A stretch of 20,000 nt of DNA from Chiloscyllium plagiosum (Eukaryota), in the NCBI RefSeq assembly GCF_004010195.1, contig NC_057718.1:92267388-92287387 (forward strand). The letters run 5' to 3'. How positions within the stretch are numbered: position 1 is the first letter of the stretch; every line of letters starts with the position of its first letter. Position numbers and translations under genes: made by a program. Of this stretch, positions 1 through 12,632 are shown one piece after another. The notes below the pieces were generated by a model that saw only the letters and a program-made list of their open reading frames with translations, searched no databases and was not told the origin of the DNA.

Positions 1-430
1 TGCCTTCAGCCAGAAGTGTCACACCTCTTCCAACTCGATTCGCTCCACAGGATATCAAGAAGTGGTTGAAGACATCATACTATAAAGGCTGTGGACCCTA
101 ACAACATTCTAGTAATTGTGTTGAAGACTTGTGGTCCAGCAATAACTACCCCTCTATCCAAGCTGATCCAGTGCAGCTATGACATTGTTATCTACCTAAC
201 AATGTGAAAAGTTGCCCAGATAATTCCTGTCCATAAAGAACAGGACAAACTTGAGCCAGCCAATTACTGCTGATTCAGAATATTGTCAATAATCAGTAAT
301 GTGATGGAAAGTGTTATCAATAATGCAATCAAGTAGCTTTGGCTCAGCAATTCTCATTGATGCTCAGTTTGGTTTTCACCAGGACCATGTACCTCCTGAT
401 GTCATTACAGCCTTGGTCCATCTATCAAGA
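1..430 (+). mobile_element. Decayed CR1-clade non-LTR retrotransposon ORF2 fragment (N-terminal part of the RT region), 'family 2'
   Basis: Manual translation gives KAVDPNNILVIVLKTCGPAITTPLSKLIQCSY...KVAQIIPVHKEQDKLEPANYC*FRILSIISNVMESVINNAIK, then AQFGFHQDH...ITALV. These match the KAxGPD, PVHK, NYRPISLL and QFGF motifs of LINE RT. In-frame stops are present. Confidence 0.85.
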
Positions 431-724
431 ATTTTTTTAAAAATCACTCAACTCTAGTTCTGCTGGGTAGGACACATCATTCACAAGCTTAACACCAGAT
501 TCACAAAGAAATGTTACTACTTTGAAATTGGCATTGGCCAAAGCTCTCTCCAATTGTTATGGTGACTGAGCAGAACTCTGAGTGGTCTGAATGGCACTTT
601 GCATCCTTTGAGTGGAAGATATAAAGGCAGTATTTTTTTCACAATTTATTTATTGAAGATTAAAAGTGTGCATTTATATTACTTGACAGTTACAGGTATT
701 CCACCTGCCAAAATAAACAAAATT

Positions 725-1010
725 GGTGACTCAGTCGTTAGCACTGCTACCACACATCGTCAGGGACCTGGATTCGATTCCAACCTTGGGCAACTGTCTG
801 TGTGGAATTTGCACATTCTCCCGGTGTCTGCATGAATTTCCTCCCACAGTCCAGATATATGCCGGTTAGGTGGATTGGCCATGATAAATTGCCCATAGTA
901 TCCAGGGATGGGTAAGTTAGCCATGGGAAATACGGGTTACAGGGTTAAGGTGGGTTTGGGTGGGATGCTGTTCAGAGTGGCCTGCTAGCACACTGTAGGG
1001 ATTCTATGAT
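725..1010 (+). mobile_element. tRNA-derived SINE, HE1/V-SINE type (elasmobranch)
   Basis: Pol III A box-like TGACTCAGTCG (727-737) and B box-like GATTCGATTCC (771-781). V-domain-like core tgtgtggaatttgcacattctcccggtgtctgc...ggttaggtggattggccatgataaattgccc. CR1-like 3' tail acactgtagggattctatgat. Confidence 0.85.
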
Positions 1011-1039
1011 CTGTGACTCAGAGGTCTGGGATCCCATTT

Positions 1040-2305
1040 AGCGATGGAACGTACACCACATATATGACCAGCTTACACCAGTAATTTCTTCACTCTTCTG
1101 TTGGCAGTTACTCATGCCTAACTGTTTTCTGTCCCAACGATTGTATATTGCACATAAGTTTATACTTTGTCCAGATGAAATGTACAAAAACCTGCACAGT
1201 GCTACCAGTTCACCTAGAACAACATTCAGAAGGCAACAGAGTTGCATTGACAGGTTCAGGGAATACTTGTTTACTACATTGTTACACTTATTTACTTGCT
1301 ATGTTCAATAGTTGATCAGGACACTGTAGTTTCACATGAGTGCACTCACTGCAAAGGGTCTTGACAGTCACCTCACTTCATTCAGAGATTGAATGCACCA
1401 TACTCTTCAAATTGTCCTTTCTTACTGTCCACCTATTAATCATGGTACATACTGTTTTTAGAAGCATTTCACTAACTTGCAAAATTGCTTCCAAGCATCA
1501 TCTTTTCCCAGATATTCTCTGTGAATAATGCTGTTCTGACAAATGTTTGACTTCACATTGCATCACTCTTACTGATCTACTTTTCTTTCTGAGCATAACA
1601 ATAAGGTCTGTCCAATGTATACATCACCATCTTCTGTGAGTCAAGGTCACTGTTAACATAAAATTGCTTGATTGCTGTCATACGAGAGACATGCTCGCAA
1701 TGCAGTCAAGGTTAAAAACTCCTGCAAAGACAGTCTTGCAAACAACTTAAGTCTCTGGTCAAAACATAATGTTCAAAAGTAACATTTTTCTGTACTGAAA
1801 TGTTTGTACTTTAATCTATTATGTAAATATGATTTGGACAATGCATCCAAGAACTGTTTCTGCTGAAGTTAAATGTACCCCACAAATTCAAAGATGTAAT
1901 CTTTGCTGCACCAGCTCTCAGTAATTGCTGTGTACTTCACCATGTGAAAATGAACATCTTGCATGAAAAGCCATGAAGCATTCACTTTTACCACAAGTGT
2001 TATATTGTCAATGAGAATGTTCACTATACCGCAATTAGGCTTTTTGTGCTCTGCATGCTGTACCTCATCACACAATCTCCTGGTGTTTTGAAAACCATTC
2101 ATAACATGTCTTCTTTGTTTTGGTTTTTTAAAGTTGTAGCAGCATCAGTCAGCACCTTTTGGCCCAAATGCTGCTAAAGGAAGTCTAGGTTCCCATGGTG
2201 TCACTTTTTTGCAGCGCTGAACTCATCTCCCACGTTTGATTTAGAGCAAATAGTGTGCGGGACATCATCATTTCCATGATAAATGAAAATCTTGCCAATT
2301 TCTGC
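1040..2305 (-). mobile_element. Fossil hAT-superfamily DNA transposase (ZNF862-like), pseudogenised
   Basis: Minus-strand translation across frameshifts shows hAT motifs in the expected order: zinc-finger-like ICSKSNVGDEF...LDFL*QHL (~2160-2270); IID*STNISVQK, resembling IDESTD (~1790-1825); QKMVMYTLDR..VMLRKK, resembling TSDGAxVMLG (~1580-1636); EQH/IIHREYL, the CxxH region (~1508-1540); LNEVR*LSRPFAV, the RW motif (~1345-1385); LLNVVLGEL (~1205-1232). No TIRs identified. Confidence 0.8.
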
Positions 2306-2309
2306 TTCT

Positions 2310-2745
2310 GGGGTGAAGATGCAAAATAACTGTTCAATTCATCTGCCATCTCCTTCTTTCCATTATTAATACCCAAAGGTCACTTTCGATAGAACCAATG
2401 CTTATGTTGTTCACTTTTCTTCTTTAAACAACTTGACAAATTCTTACAATTTGTTTTTATGTTTCCAGCCAGCTTTCTCTTGTATTCTAATATTTCCCTT
2501 CCTGTTAATCTGAATTTAATTCGTTATATTTTGAATATACTTTATCCAATCTTCAGACATGTATCTTTCTGCAATTATTTGTTTTCCTTTAAATTTAATA
2601 CTAGCTTTAACTTTGTTTTAGTTAACTGCAGATGGTGGCTCCTCCATTTCACAAGCTCCCATTATTTCTTCCTGTATGTGCCATTCTGCCATGTGGTTAT
2701 TTTTAGGCTGTCTGTACCTTTACCATTTCCCATCTTGACCTAACC
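2310..2745 (-). mobile_element. Decayed CR1-type LINE ORF2 fragment (linker between endonuclease and RT)
   Basis: Minus strand reads EYKRKLAGNIKTNCKNLSSCLKKK and INNGKKEMADELNSYFAS, the 'MAxxLNxYFASVF' motif. The same region occurs in the CR1 copies at 14.1-14.3 kb and 15.3 kb. Confidence 0.7.
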
Positions 2746-2904
2746 CACTTCTGCATCCAGGTTTCCTGAGTCAAATCTCTCTATTGTTTGAATATGATTA
2801 TTAATTTACAAAGTCACTATAAGGTCCCTCTCTTCCTCTATGTATTTATTGTGTATTATTTTGCCTTATTTTAGATCTCCAAGTCTATTACCTCTTACTT
2901 TTCA

Positions 2905-3110
2905 GTATGGAATTTCATTTGTCACTTTCCTTCTTATCTGAACAATCTATTGATATCTTCCTTAATGTAGATACCTCACTCTCATTATCACATATTGTGG
3001 TTAGTTTTCACATCAACTATCACAAACCACAAACCTTTGTCTGTCCACTAAATTCAAGGCAAAGTTGTTATATACCATGAACACTAAGGACCCAGTATTG
3101 AACCATGCCA
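2905..3110 (-). mobile_element. Very decayed LINE RT remnant
   Basis: ggacccagtattgaacc (~3088-3105) reads GSILGP on the minus strand, the QGSxLGP motif. The flanks resemble CR1 RT only weakly. Confidence 0.4.
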
Positions 3111-6100
3111 GAGCCACACCAAACTAACTTTCAGTTGCACTGAAAGTGACCAAATGATGATTCTAATTTTACCACCATGTGGTGAGCATTAAATTCATTT
3201 ATTCATGCAAGTGCACTGACCAAAATGTTTCAACCAGCCTGCACATGCACATAGCCTTGGATCCCATAGTGCAACCAATTGACAGGAAGACTAATTGCAT
3301 GAAACAAAATGAAATTTGGCAAAGTGACTCTGTTCAGCTCACTCTTCTGACATCTGGTTGTAACTTAAAAGTAGTTTAGACATTTGCATTTAATCTCAAG
3401 AACTGACGGGCATAGCAATGATTACACATGTATGAAGCGTGCACTTACAGCTGCTTGATTTATACAATTGTGTCCAACCAGTTGCTCTATCGAGTGCATT
3501 TCTGACTCACTTTACCATCTCCAATCAACCTGAAATCTTTTGGAGTTCTCTTTGCTAGAGTAATGTCTCATGGATAAAATGCACAATTTGTCTGTAAGTT
3601 ATTAGAGATTTCTAATCTCTTATCACTCTAGCACCTGTGTTTCCAAAGCACTTTTCACTGCTGACACAGATAGCAATGACCCTGCTGCCTTATGTGGAGC
3701 TAAGTGTGAACAGATGTTGCTTGTAATCACTAAATGTTGCTTGTTGTTTTTTTCTAGTATTTATGGGTTGTTTTAAGTGGCATATGTCACAGAGCACTCA
3801 TTATCTTTTTCAAAATGCTTCTACAGGTATATTACATGTGACAGCCTATTTGTTCACCTTCAGCATCAGTGCTAATGAGCAATTAAATTTTTAAGTGCTG
3901 CATTGAGAACAGGATGTAGTGCAAACTCTCACTTATCAAGAAGGGACCCTGTTATGATCCCTGCTCTGTACCCAGTCAGCTGATCTCAGACTTTACTTCA
4001 GCAACCTACTGGGAATGAAGGACTGTTGTAGGGCAGGGGCATGTTTTACTTGATATTTTCATCAAACACCTAAGCATGTCTCCCAAAGAGCTCCTATATG
4101 TTGTGAAAACAGCTCTTCATAGACTATAAATAGATAGGACTGTATTGCTTATAAGACATCTGCTATTATAGAGTCACTGCATCTGTTTTTATTAAACTTT
4201 AACTTGCCTTATCTGAAGAGTGTGAATGGTCTGTTGCAATTCAAATAGACAACAGAATGCAGCCATAAAAGGTTAGAAAGTGGTTTAAACGAATATTCAA
4301 GAAAAACAAAAGGGATTTGTTTGCTTAATACATATAAGCTGATAAAGAGACCTGACAAAAGCTGTTCATCATAATTTGTTCAGAAAACATTTGTAATATG
4401 ACAGGAAGAACAGATATCAGAACAACCTACTTATAATTGTACTGGTCAAGCATTAAGAATTTTCTAGTTTCAGAATTTTGAATCAGCCATATTTGTATAA
4501 TGAGACATTGCCTTGAGGAATGAAAGAAAGATAATTGCACCTGTTTTAACTTAACAAAATAGACAACTACCATTCTCATCTTCATTCTTCAGGGCTTTTT
4601 TGTGACTAATCAGTGTCAACCTATCTGGTTTAAGTTTAAACAAAGCTTGGCAGTTAACCATCAATCACAATACAACTGTTGTATTCTCCATGGTTATGTC
4701 TCTACCAATCCGAGTTCATTTTCCAAACAATCAGAATGGCCTACCCATACGATATAAAAATGTTGTTTGCCTTTGCTTTGGTATTACTGTCAATTATGAG
4801 TGTAAAATGAAAAACTTTAATAAAGTGTATTTTTTTCTACCAAGAATCAAGTTATTTACTACCAGTTGACAATTTAAATACCTTAGAGATTGTTATAAGT
4901 TAACAGCACCTCTTAAATTCCAGATGCTCTTTGTAAACTGCTTGTGTTTTGTTCATGGTGTGGCATTTTTTTTTGAGACATTACTTCATTAAAGCCACAC
5001 CAGCTAACCTTGAGGTTATGAGATCTTGCTATGGGTGGCATTTAAAATCGACTTTTCTGATTGCTGTTTCAAGGAGTTACTTTCCATCAGTGATTATTTA
5101 AATTTATAATGATTTTCTAGTTTTGTTTTTAGGTTTTGTTTGTCAGCTGCTCCCCTAACTTTTACAAATGCAAACTATTCAATTGGTTTCCTTGAGCAGT
5201 TATGTTCAGTTGACAGCTTGAAGTGTAATGATTCTTCTTGTCAGTGTGGTCTAACTGTGTACTTTTTGTTGATTTGAAGTTGGCTCTATGGTTCTATTTG
5301 GAATGTTGTCTTGAGCTTGCTCATTTATGTGCATTTCCTTTCAGTTTCAGTGTGCTTCTGTGGTTGCCCTCTTGTACCTCGCCCAAGTGGTTATTCTTCC
5401 TGTTGGGAGCCTTGGCAGTCAATGTTGGCAGAACTCTTAGAGTTGGGGGAGGAGACCAACAAGAGACAAATTCAAACTTATCCTCATTCAACATCCAGAC
5501 ATTGCATTTTCCACTTTTGTATCTGGAAAGCAATCAAAAACAACTGGTGAGAGGCCAATTTCAATATCACTACTGCCCCCTCTAATGATCAGTTAAAGAA
5601 GCAGAACCAGAAAATATAAAATCTAAGAGCTTTCAATGGACCAATGTCACATTGTCTTTGCTTACAGAGTGATCAGGGGTTTTTATTTTAACATTCTTCA
5701 AAGAATGCAAAGAAGAAACAAGTCTTTGTTTGTATATTTGTACTTTGTATCTTTCCTCTTAGAATTGATATATAAATGTGCATGAAAGTGTACACCCAAG
5801 GAAGATAAACATTGCACACCTCATTGATTTTTCCACCTTGAGTCAGCTCTAAATCCTGTAAGACCTTTCAGTATCAAGAAGCATTGAGTCAAATGTTTCA
5901 TATGTAGGTGTTACTCCAAGTGGTGGGAAGGGGTTGAAAAAGTTTTCAGTGCATATCTCCTACCCATTGGTTACATTCACATTCTGTGCCATTACATTTG
6001 AACAGAATAAAACCTGCATGCATTTGCGGTACTTTAATTCTGCTTTGCTAAAGTGGGCAGGTTCTTGGAAATTTTTGAGTGAATTCTACACATTATAACA

Positions 6101-6998
6101 GCGACTATACTTCAAAAATAATTTATTGGAAGTAAAATACTTTTGAGACATCCAATCATCATAAAAGGCGTAAGATAAATGCAAGGCTGTCTTCTTTTTT
6201 AGTGCTCTGAAACCTTTAAAATAATTTCTGTGTCGTGATTGTTGCAGACATGATGGTTTTGGTAAAATTACGTTGCTCCTTCTATCTGTACTAATCCCTC
6301 TCAGTGCTATATCTTGAAGTCTGACATCCATGCTGATGGTGGTAGTTCTGAAATGGCAGTTTAGCACTTATGGGAATGTTGGTGTTCAACAGACTGGAAT
6401 GGAGCAATGATTGGTGGCTGTCTGATTGCAATTGTCTGTGTAAGGAACGATTTGATAATGGTGTATTTTGAATATTATTAAATGTGTATGTATGTGTGTT
6501 AAAGTTAATTGGTGAATGATGAAATACGTGTATTGATGGTGATGGAGATGTAGGTACCAGTGATGACGATGCTGGGTTTGTTTGGAATGGAACCTTACAT
6601 CAGTACAATCTTAGATTTGGGTGAGGAATATTAGTTGTAACAATCCAACATAAAGGTTGATGATTTCTAAAAAGAGATATGAATTTCTTGGTGACTGACC
6701 TATGAAGGATCACAAAACAAGATTTTATATTTTAAGACTTTTACTGTAACACTCAGATTAAAGTCAACATGAACGACATAATATTTAGCAGGAAACTAGA
6801 ACACAACAGAAAAGGGTATTTCTTGGAAACATCTTTGAACAACTGAAAACCCATACTCACCACACATATATAATCCTGAGTTTAAATCTCTGCTGAACTT
6901 TTCACAGTTTTACAAGGGTGAACCTTCCATTACCATTTTAAGTAAAGTTTGCTCACTCAACCCGTTGAGTACAGACTTCTTGTTGCAAGTTACCCTTT

Positions 6999-7961
6999 AG
7001 TCATAGAGTCACAGAGATATACAGCATGGAAACAGACCCTTTGGTCTAACGTGTCCCATACTGACCAGACATCCTAAGTAAATCTAGTCCCATTTGCCAG
7101 CATTTGATCCATATCTCTCTAAACATTTCCTACTCATTTACCCATCCAGATGTTTTTAAATGTTGTAATTATACTAGCCTACACCACTGCCTCTGGCAGC
7201 TCATTCCATACATGACCACTTTCTGTGTGAAAAAGTTGCCCCTTAGATCCCTTTTCAATATTTCCCCTCTCACCTTAAAGCTATGTACTCTAGTTTTGAA
7301 CTCCCTCAACCCGGGGAAAAGACCTTGTCTATTCACCCTATCCATGCCCTCATGATTTTATAAACATTCACAAGGTCATCCAGCGCTCCAGTGAACATAG
7401 CCCCAGTCTATTCAACCTCTCCCGATATCTCAAGCCCTCCAATCCTGACAACCTCCTTGTAAATCTTTTCTGAACCCTTTTAAGTTTCACAACACCTTCC
7501 TATAGCAGGGAAACCAGAATTGAATGCTGTGTTCCAAACGTGGCTTAACCAATGTTCTGTATTGCTGCAACATGACCTCCCAACTCCTATACTCAATGCA
7601 CTGACCAATAATGGCAAGCACTCCAAATGCCTTCTTCACTCTCCTGTCTACTTACAACTCTACTTTCAAGGAACTATGAACCTGCACTCCAAGCTCTCTT
7701 TGTTCAACAAAAGTCCCCCAGGACCATACCATTAAGCATATAAGTGCTGCCCTGATTTCCCTATCCAAAATGCAGCATCTCACATTTATCTAAATCAAAC
7801 TTCATCTGCCACTCCTGGGCTCATTGGTCCATCTGTTCAAGATCCCATTGCACACTGAGGTAACCTTCTTCGCTGTTCACTATACCTCCAATTTTGGTGT
7901 CACCTGCAAACTTACTAACCATACCTCCCATGTTCACATCCAAATCATTTATATAAATGAC
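6999..7961 (-). mobile_element. 5'-truncated CR1/HER1-type LINE (RT C-terminus and 3' end), 'family 1'
   Basis: Begins with the tcatagagtcacagag tail, the reverse complement of (ACTCTATG)n. FAGDTK (the FADDTK motif) lies at ~7894-7911 on the minus strand. It is collinear with the reverse complement of 16000-16968. Confidence 0.92.
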
Positions 7962-10398
7962 ATGATTATGTGATCATTAACTCTACACAATCTTTTTATT
8001 TTTATCAAAAATAAATTCCATCCTCATTAGCTTTCCACCAGCTTTTCAACTCAAAAGAAACCTTTTTATTCTGCATGGCATTGTAGCACCATTTGTTTTT
8101 GTTTTGAACTTTATATTGAATTAAAGGAGATAGTTTAAATCATAGTCATCTTATAGAATGTCAAACAAATTTATGTTTGTCCTGTTCTTTACAAACAAGA
8201 CAGAACTCAATCTCTTTCCTGACAATATGTAATGACTAGATTATGCCTATATTGTTCATAAATTGTGCTGATGTAGATTTTGCTATGTCTCTCAGGTGTC
8301 AGGAATTTAAGTCAGCAAACCCTACTCGGTAACTATATAACGTGTGCATGTTATATTTGTATAATTCAGGCTTTGTTGGATACTTGGTAGTAAGGAAATT
8401 GACGATTTTACAATATTAAGATTATAATGTATTAGTCCTTATGATTTAAATACTTTATAACTTTTCAGACATTCTTATTACTGTATATGATGTCATCTGA
8501 GGTCATACATCAACACTAAAGCAAACACTTATGATAACATATAGAAACTGGAACTATTTGTATGATATTACTCTCAGACAAAAATAAAAGTACAACTTTA
8601 TGATATCTGGATATGCTGCAAAAACATTCAATTTCACACCATTAGAAAATATTCAATCTCTGCTCTCACTTTCTTACCAATTCATAAGTGTGCAATCATA
8701 CTGAATTGGTTCAGTGGTCTGAAAAAATTGGTTTGAGAAATGAAAAGGTAGCACACAAATACTCTAATGTGTATATGCCAATTTCTTTTTTGACAATATC
8801 AAGAAAATGCTTGGAACACTCTGAGGAGACTGGGTCTTGTTAAAGGGCAGTTTTGTGTGTTACAGTTTTGATAGGTTCAAAATTGGTCTATGTGGGTCAA
8901 CAAAGGAGAATTCAACAGCTGACATAGCAGAAAATCTCAAGGTACAGCACTATTTAGACACCTCCTTAGCACAGGAGAATTAGAAGATATTGACCTTCAA
9001 ATCAGCTTTAAGTCTGAGTTGATAAAAGAGATAAGGTGGACCAATCTGTCAGCTTCTTACACTCATCTTCACTGATGGACTGACACTAAGTCATTTAAGC
9101 TTTGACTACAGTTGGGTCAAACAGCAAATATGCTACATTGCTTGATTCTGTGCAGCAGCAAATGGTGAAAGACCTACCTATAAAGAATTAAACTGCCTTG
9201 AATGAAGAAACTATTATTGATTGTCACATTGCAAATGTGAATATCATCACAGGGCAAGCGAGATTCGTTCTGCTTTGGGCACTTACTGGCTTACCAAAAA
9301 CGACAAGTCAAGGCTGTTATAGAATAACAATAGAACAGCAGCATATTTCTGTTTTCTTTTCAAGCCCAGTATTGATTTATGGAAGCCAGACAGCAAATTA
9401 AAAATTGTGTGCTAGTTAAGGAGTTCAGATGGCATCACAAGCCACGCAGCCGAACTCCAGCTCCAGGGGAAGGAAAGTAATGTGAGCACAAAGCAGCATT
9501 CCCGAATTTATACATATTCTGACTTTTTCACTCTCATTTACCAATTTCCATCTATGTTCATTTATTCGCAATATACACTACAGAATGTTTTATGGATGTT
9601 CGAAGCTTATTTTACATTTTATTTTATGACACGTTTAAATGATAATTTCAGATCTCCTCTTTTGTATTATATTATTCCCTGGACTGATATGAGAGTCATT
9701 ACCAATCCTGAATCAGCTGGAGAGAGAAACAGGAAGTTACTTGCCCTTTGATTTTTATCTTCCACATTGTGGGAATACAGTGAGCCTCTGGAGTCTCCCT
9801 TTGAACAGGTGAGATTAGAAATTCTTTCTGTGGCATACTATTGTGTCCATGGCACCTTAGCATTCCATGGAACAATAACTTTGCTACATGAAAGTCTTAT
9901 GCTATCTTACTGAGTGAGAGAAAAATTAAACACAAAATAATGGCTGTTTTAAGAAAAATAGAAGTTATGAAAAAGACTAATGCCAAATTTTACTATATTT
10001 TATGTATCACTCAGTTGTGCAGTATCAGAACATGTTGTTGAAATAAATAATTTGTGATTTAAACTTATGAATGCCTTTGTAAAAATGTAATGGAACTATA
10101 GTGCAGTTAGTGTGATCATAATCTATAATTGAGTAAAGCCTTTGTGCTTGTGTGTGCTGTAAATCAAATAGTCCACGTGCCTGTGTAGTATACAGTTTAC
10201 ATGAACAAAAGACAAATAACAATTACATTTCTGAGACTTTGCAATACAAGGAGGAGTCTTGGATACAGTACATGGCTCATCATGAGATTGCTAGCACACT
10301 AAGTAGCTGACCCCTCAAAAGATTTAATATTAGGTTTTGGATTAACTTCAGAGATCTCTATTTTTTCAAACAAAGCCTCATTTCAAAATGTGTTAATG

Positions 10399-10433
10399 CT
10401 GGCAAGTGTCCTATTTTCTGGCAAGTGTCCTAT
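10399..10433. repeat. Local direct duplication of 16 bp
   Basis: ctggcaagtgtcctat occurs at 10399-10414 and 10418-10433, separated by a 3-bp spacer. Confidence 0.85.
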
Positions 10434-10457
10434 CTGATTGTTAACAGTCAGAGTAAA

Positions 10458-11860
10458 GGGTGGAATCTTCCAGGTCTCATCATGCTAATTTTGAAGCCAG
10501 ATTGGAGGCAAACTTGGACACACCAATATCAACTTGACTGATTTGTTCCAACCTCTGATGATTTTGTCAAAAACAGGGCCAGGGTAGCAATGGCTATCTG
10601 CCTAGCAACATCAAGTTATCAACTAAGTGGCCTCTTGTGGACTAGTTGGACATGTCTCTGGGATAATACTCCAGCCCTCACACTGAGGCTGAAGCCTAAT
10701 AGATGACAGGAGGTGGCCTCTTAGTGAGAACCATGGTGTCATTGAGCCTTCCATTTCCTTCCCACATGCCCGACCTCCATTCCCCTCCCTGCCTGTGACT
10801 ACCCCTCCACACCCCTGACCCACCTCCTTCCAAACCACCCCCGTTCAGCCCCCTGGAGCCATGTCTGCATCATTCTTTCCATAACGAGAGCCTTGCAGCT
10901 GTGGTCAGACTTAATTTTGAACGTTTAACCTTTTTAGAGGTCATTTCCATGTTGCGGTGCCCATACTGTTTTGCTCCTACATTAGCAATGGCCATATTTG
11001 ATGGCATTCCCATGAGCTCTGTGCCCATTCGCCACCCCAAAGTGGGAATAGAATCTTGTGCTCCTGGAAGTGACTAGGTAAGAGACAAGTGGGTCATTTA
11101 ATTAAGCAGGTTGGTGACCTACCAATCTTCGCTTCTTTACTGCCTTCACCAGAATTAAGTTCATGCTGGATGGTTCTTGGTTAACTCCCATTCAACAACC
11201 ATTGAGGCCATGTACGCATTCCGACAAGGACTCCATCCCTAAGGCCCTCGCCCCGCCACCACTGGGATTAATGCAGCTGCATATGGGCCTATCACTGTTC
11301 AGCTTTCCTGGAAGCAAAAAGAGTGAGGGTTGCTTGTCAGCAGCATGGGTGTGAGCCCCTTGGTAAAGGCACTCAATAACTGACTGATGGCACGAACATC
11401 AGGCACTGAGATCCAGGCCCCTGTCCTTGTTTCCAATTGTCACCGGCTCTCATAGAGTCTTAGAGTTGCACAGCATGGAAACAGACCCTTCGGTCCAACT
11501 TCGTAATGCTGACCAGGTATCCTAAATTAATCTAGTCTTATTTGCCAGCATTTGGTCCATATCCCTCTAAACCCTTCCTATCTATGTACTCATCCAGATG
11601 TCTTTTAAATGCTGTAATTGTACCAGCCTCCACTACTTCTTCTGGTGACTAATTCCATAGACACTCCCTCAGATACCTTTTAAATCTTTCCCCTTTCACC
11701 TTAAACTCATGCCCTCTAGTTTTGGATCCCTCACCCCACAGAAAAGACCTTGGATCTTCACCCTTTCTGTGCCCCTCATGCTACCAGTGGAAGATGCTGC
11801 CTTGAAATGCCTTAATTGGAAGCCTCTGGGATCTCACACAGACTGGTAAGACTCACAGAG
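10458..11860. mobile_element. Possible old non-autonomous DNA element (Harbinger-like termini) interrupted by a CR1 3' end
   Basis: A block richer in GC than its flanks starts at gggtggaatcttcc (10458). There is only a weak inverted match, ggtaagactcac, near 11846-11857. No coding motifs. Confidence 0.3.
11450..11780 (-). mobile_element. Short 3' fragment of CR1/HER1-type LINE (family 1)
   Basis: tcatagagtcttagag...cagcatggaaacagacccttcggtcc, highly similar to 6999-7350 and 19814-20000, with an internal deletion. Confidence 0.92.
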
Positions 11861-12632
11861 CATCCATGATTAAGAATTGCAATGTCTCCCAAATGAAAAA
11901 TATTTTCTAAGGCGATATGATTTTTCTATCGTCTGCAATTAACACCTCAGTTGAAAAGTTGGGCATAAAATATAATGGGTAGTGAATGTGTGCAGTGTAT
12001 AAATTTACAGTTAGCTTCATGTTTAGACAACTTAAGCAGTTGCGTTCCAATTTATTAAATTCCAGTTATACAGCAAAACTTTTATAGGACAAAGCATTGT
12101 GAGAGACATTTCACTGCACTAACAATACCTCCCTCTTACATATCAAAATAAGAGGAGAATTAGTTTTTTAAAGTGATGTATTCATATCCATTTATCTGCT
12201 TGGAGCTATTTACACTCTTGCAGAAAAAGCTACGAGAAGATTTATTGGCATTTTGTTTTTAACATTATGTGATATTTAGATAAGGTGTGAATAAGGTAAG
12301 ACTACTTTCTGTGTTTCCAGGCTCCAGTAACATTATAAAGTGAGGAGGAATATTAGGAGATTTTTTTAATGTGTGTTAATCAACACAGAAAATGATTTAA
12401 TCAGAGACAATTGCAGCTTATCAGAAAGGAGAGAATGAATCAATGGAGAGAGAACAGCAGATTAGTTTTGGATTACTGTACCAAGTGTCCAGAACAGATA
12501 CAACTGGATAAACATCTATGCTTCCAAAGAAATTGTGGATATTCTTGCTCATTCTTGAACATAATAGGCAATAATACTATTACCCAATATCTCCTCCTCA
12601 AATGTTAGCAAGAAAAGAACAATTTTAAAGAA

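Noticed and set aside
1..430. This RT fragment ends almost where the inverted family-2 copy at 19813 picks up, suggesting one element split by an inversion
   Set aside because: The 19813 break is explained by a CR1 insertion running off the window, and family 2 appears to be multi-copy, so coincidence is likely.
725..790. tRNA gene
   Set aside because: The A and B boxes belong to the SINE head, and there is no full cloverleaf.
5238..5585. Three overlapping short ORFs
   Set aside because: No recognisable domain and no convincing splice sites; expected by chance.
6330..6700. Possible ancient L2/CR1 endonuclease remnant on the minus strand
   Set aside because: Only compositional hints and a very weak GDFN-like region; not supportable.
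9652..9815. Possible exon ending at gaacag|gtgaga (9808/9809)
   Set aside because: All three frames from the best acceptor (ttcag at 9651) contain stops, and no protein is recognisable.
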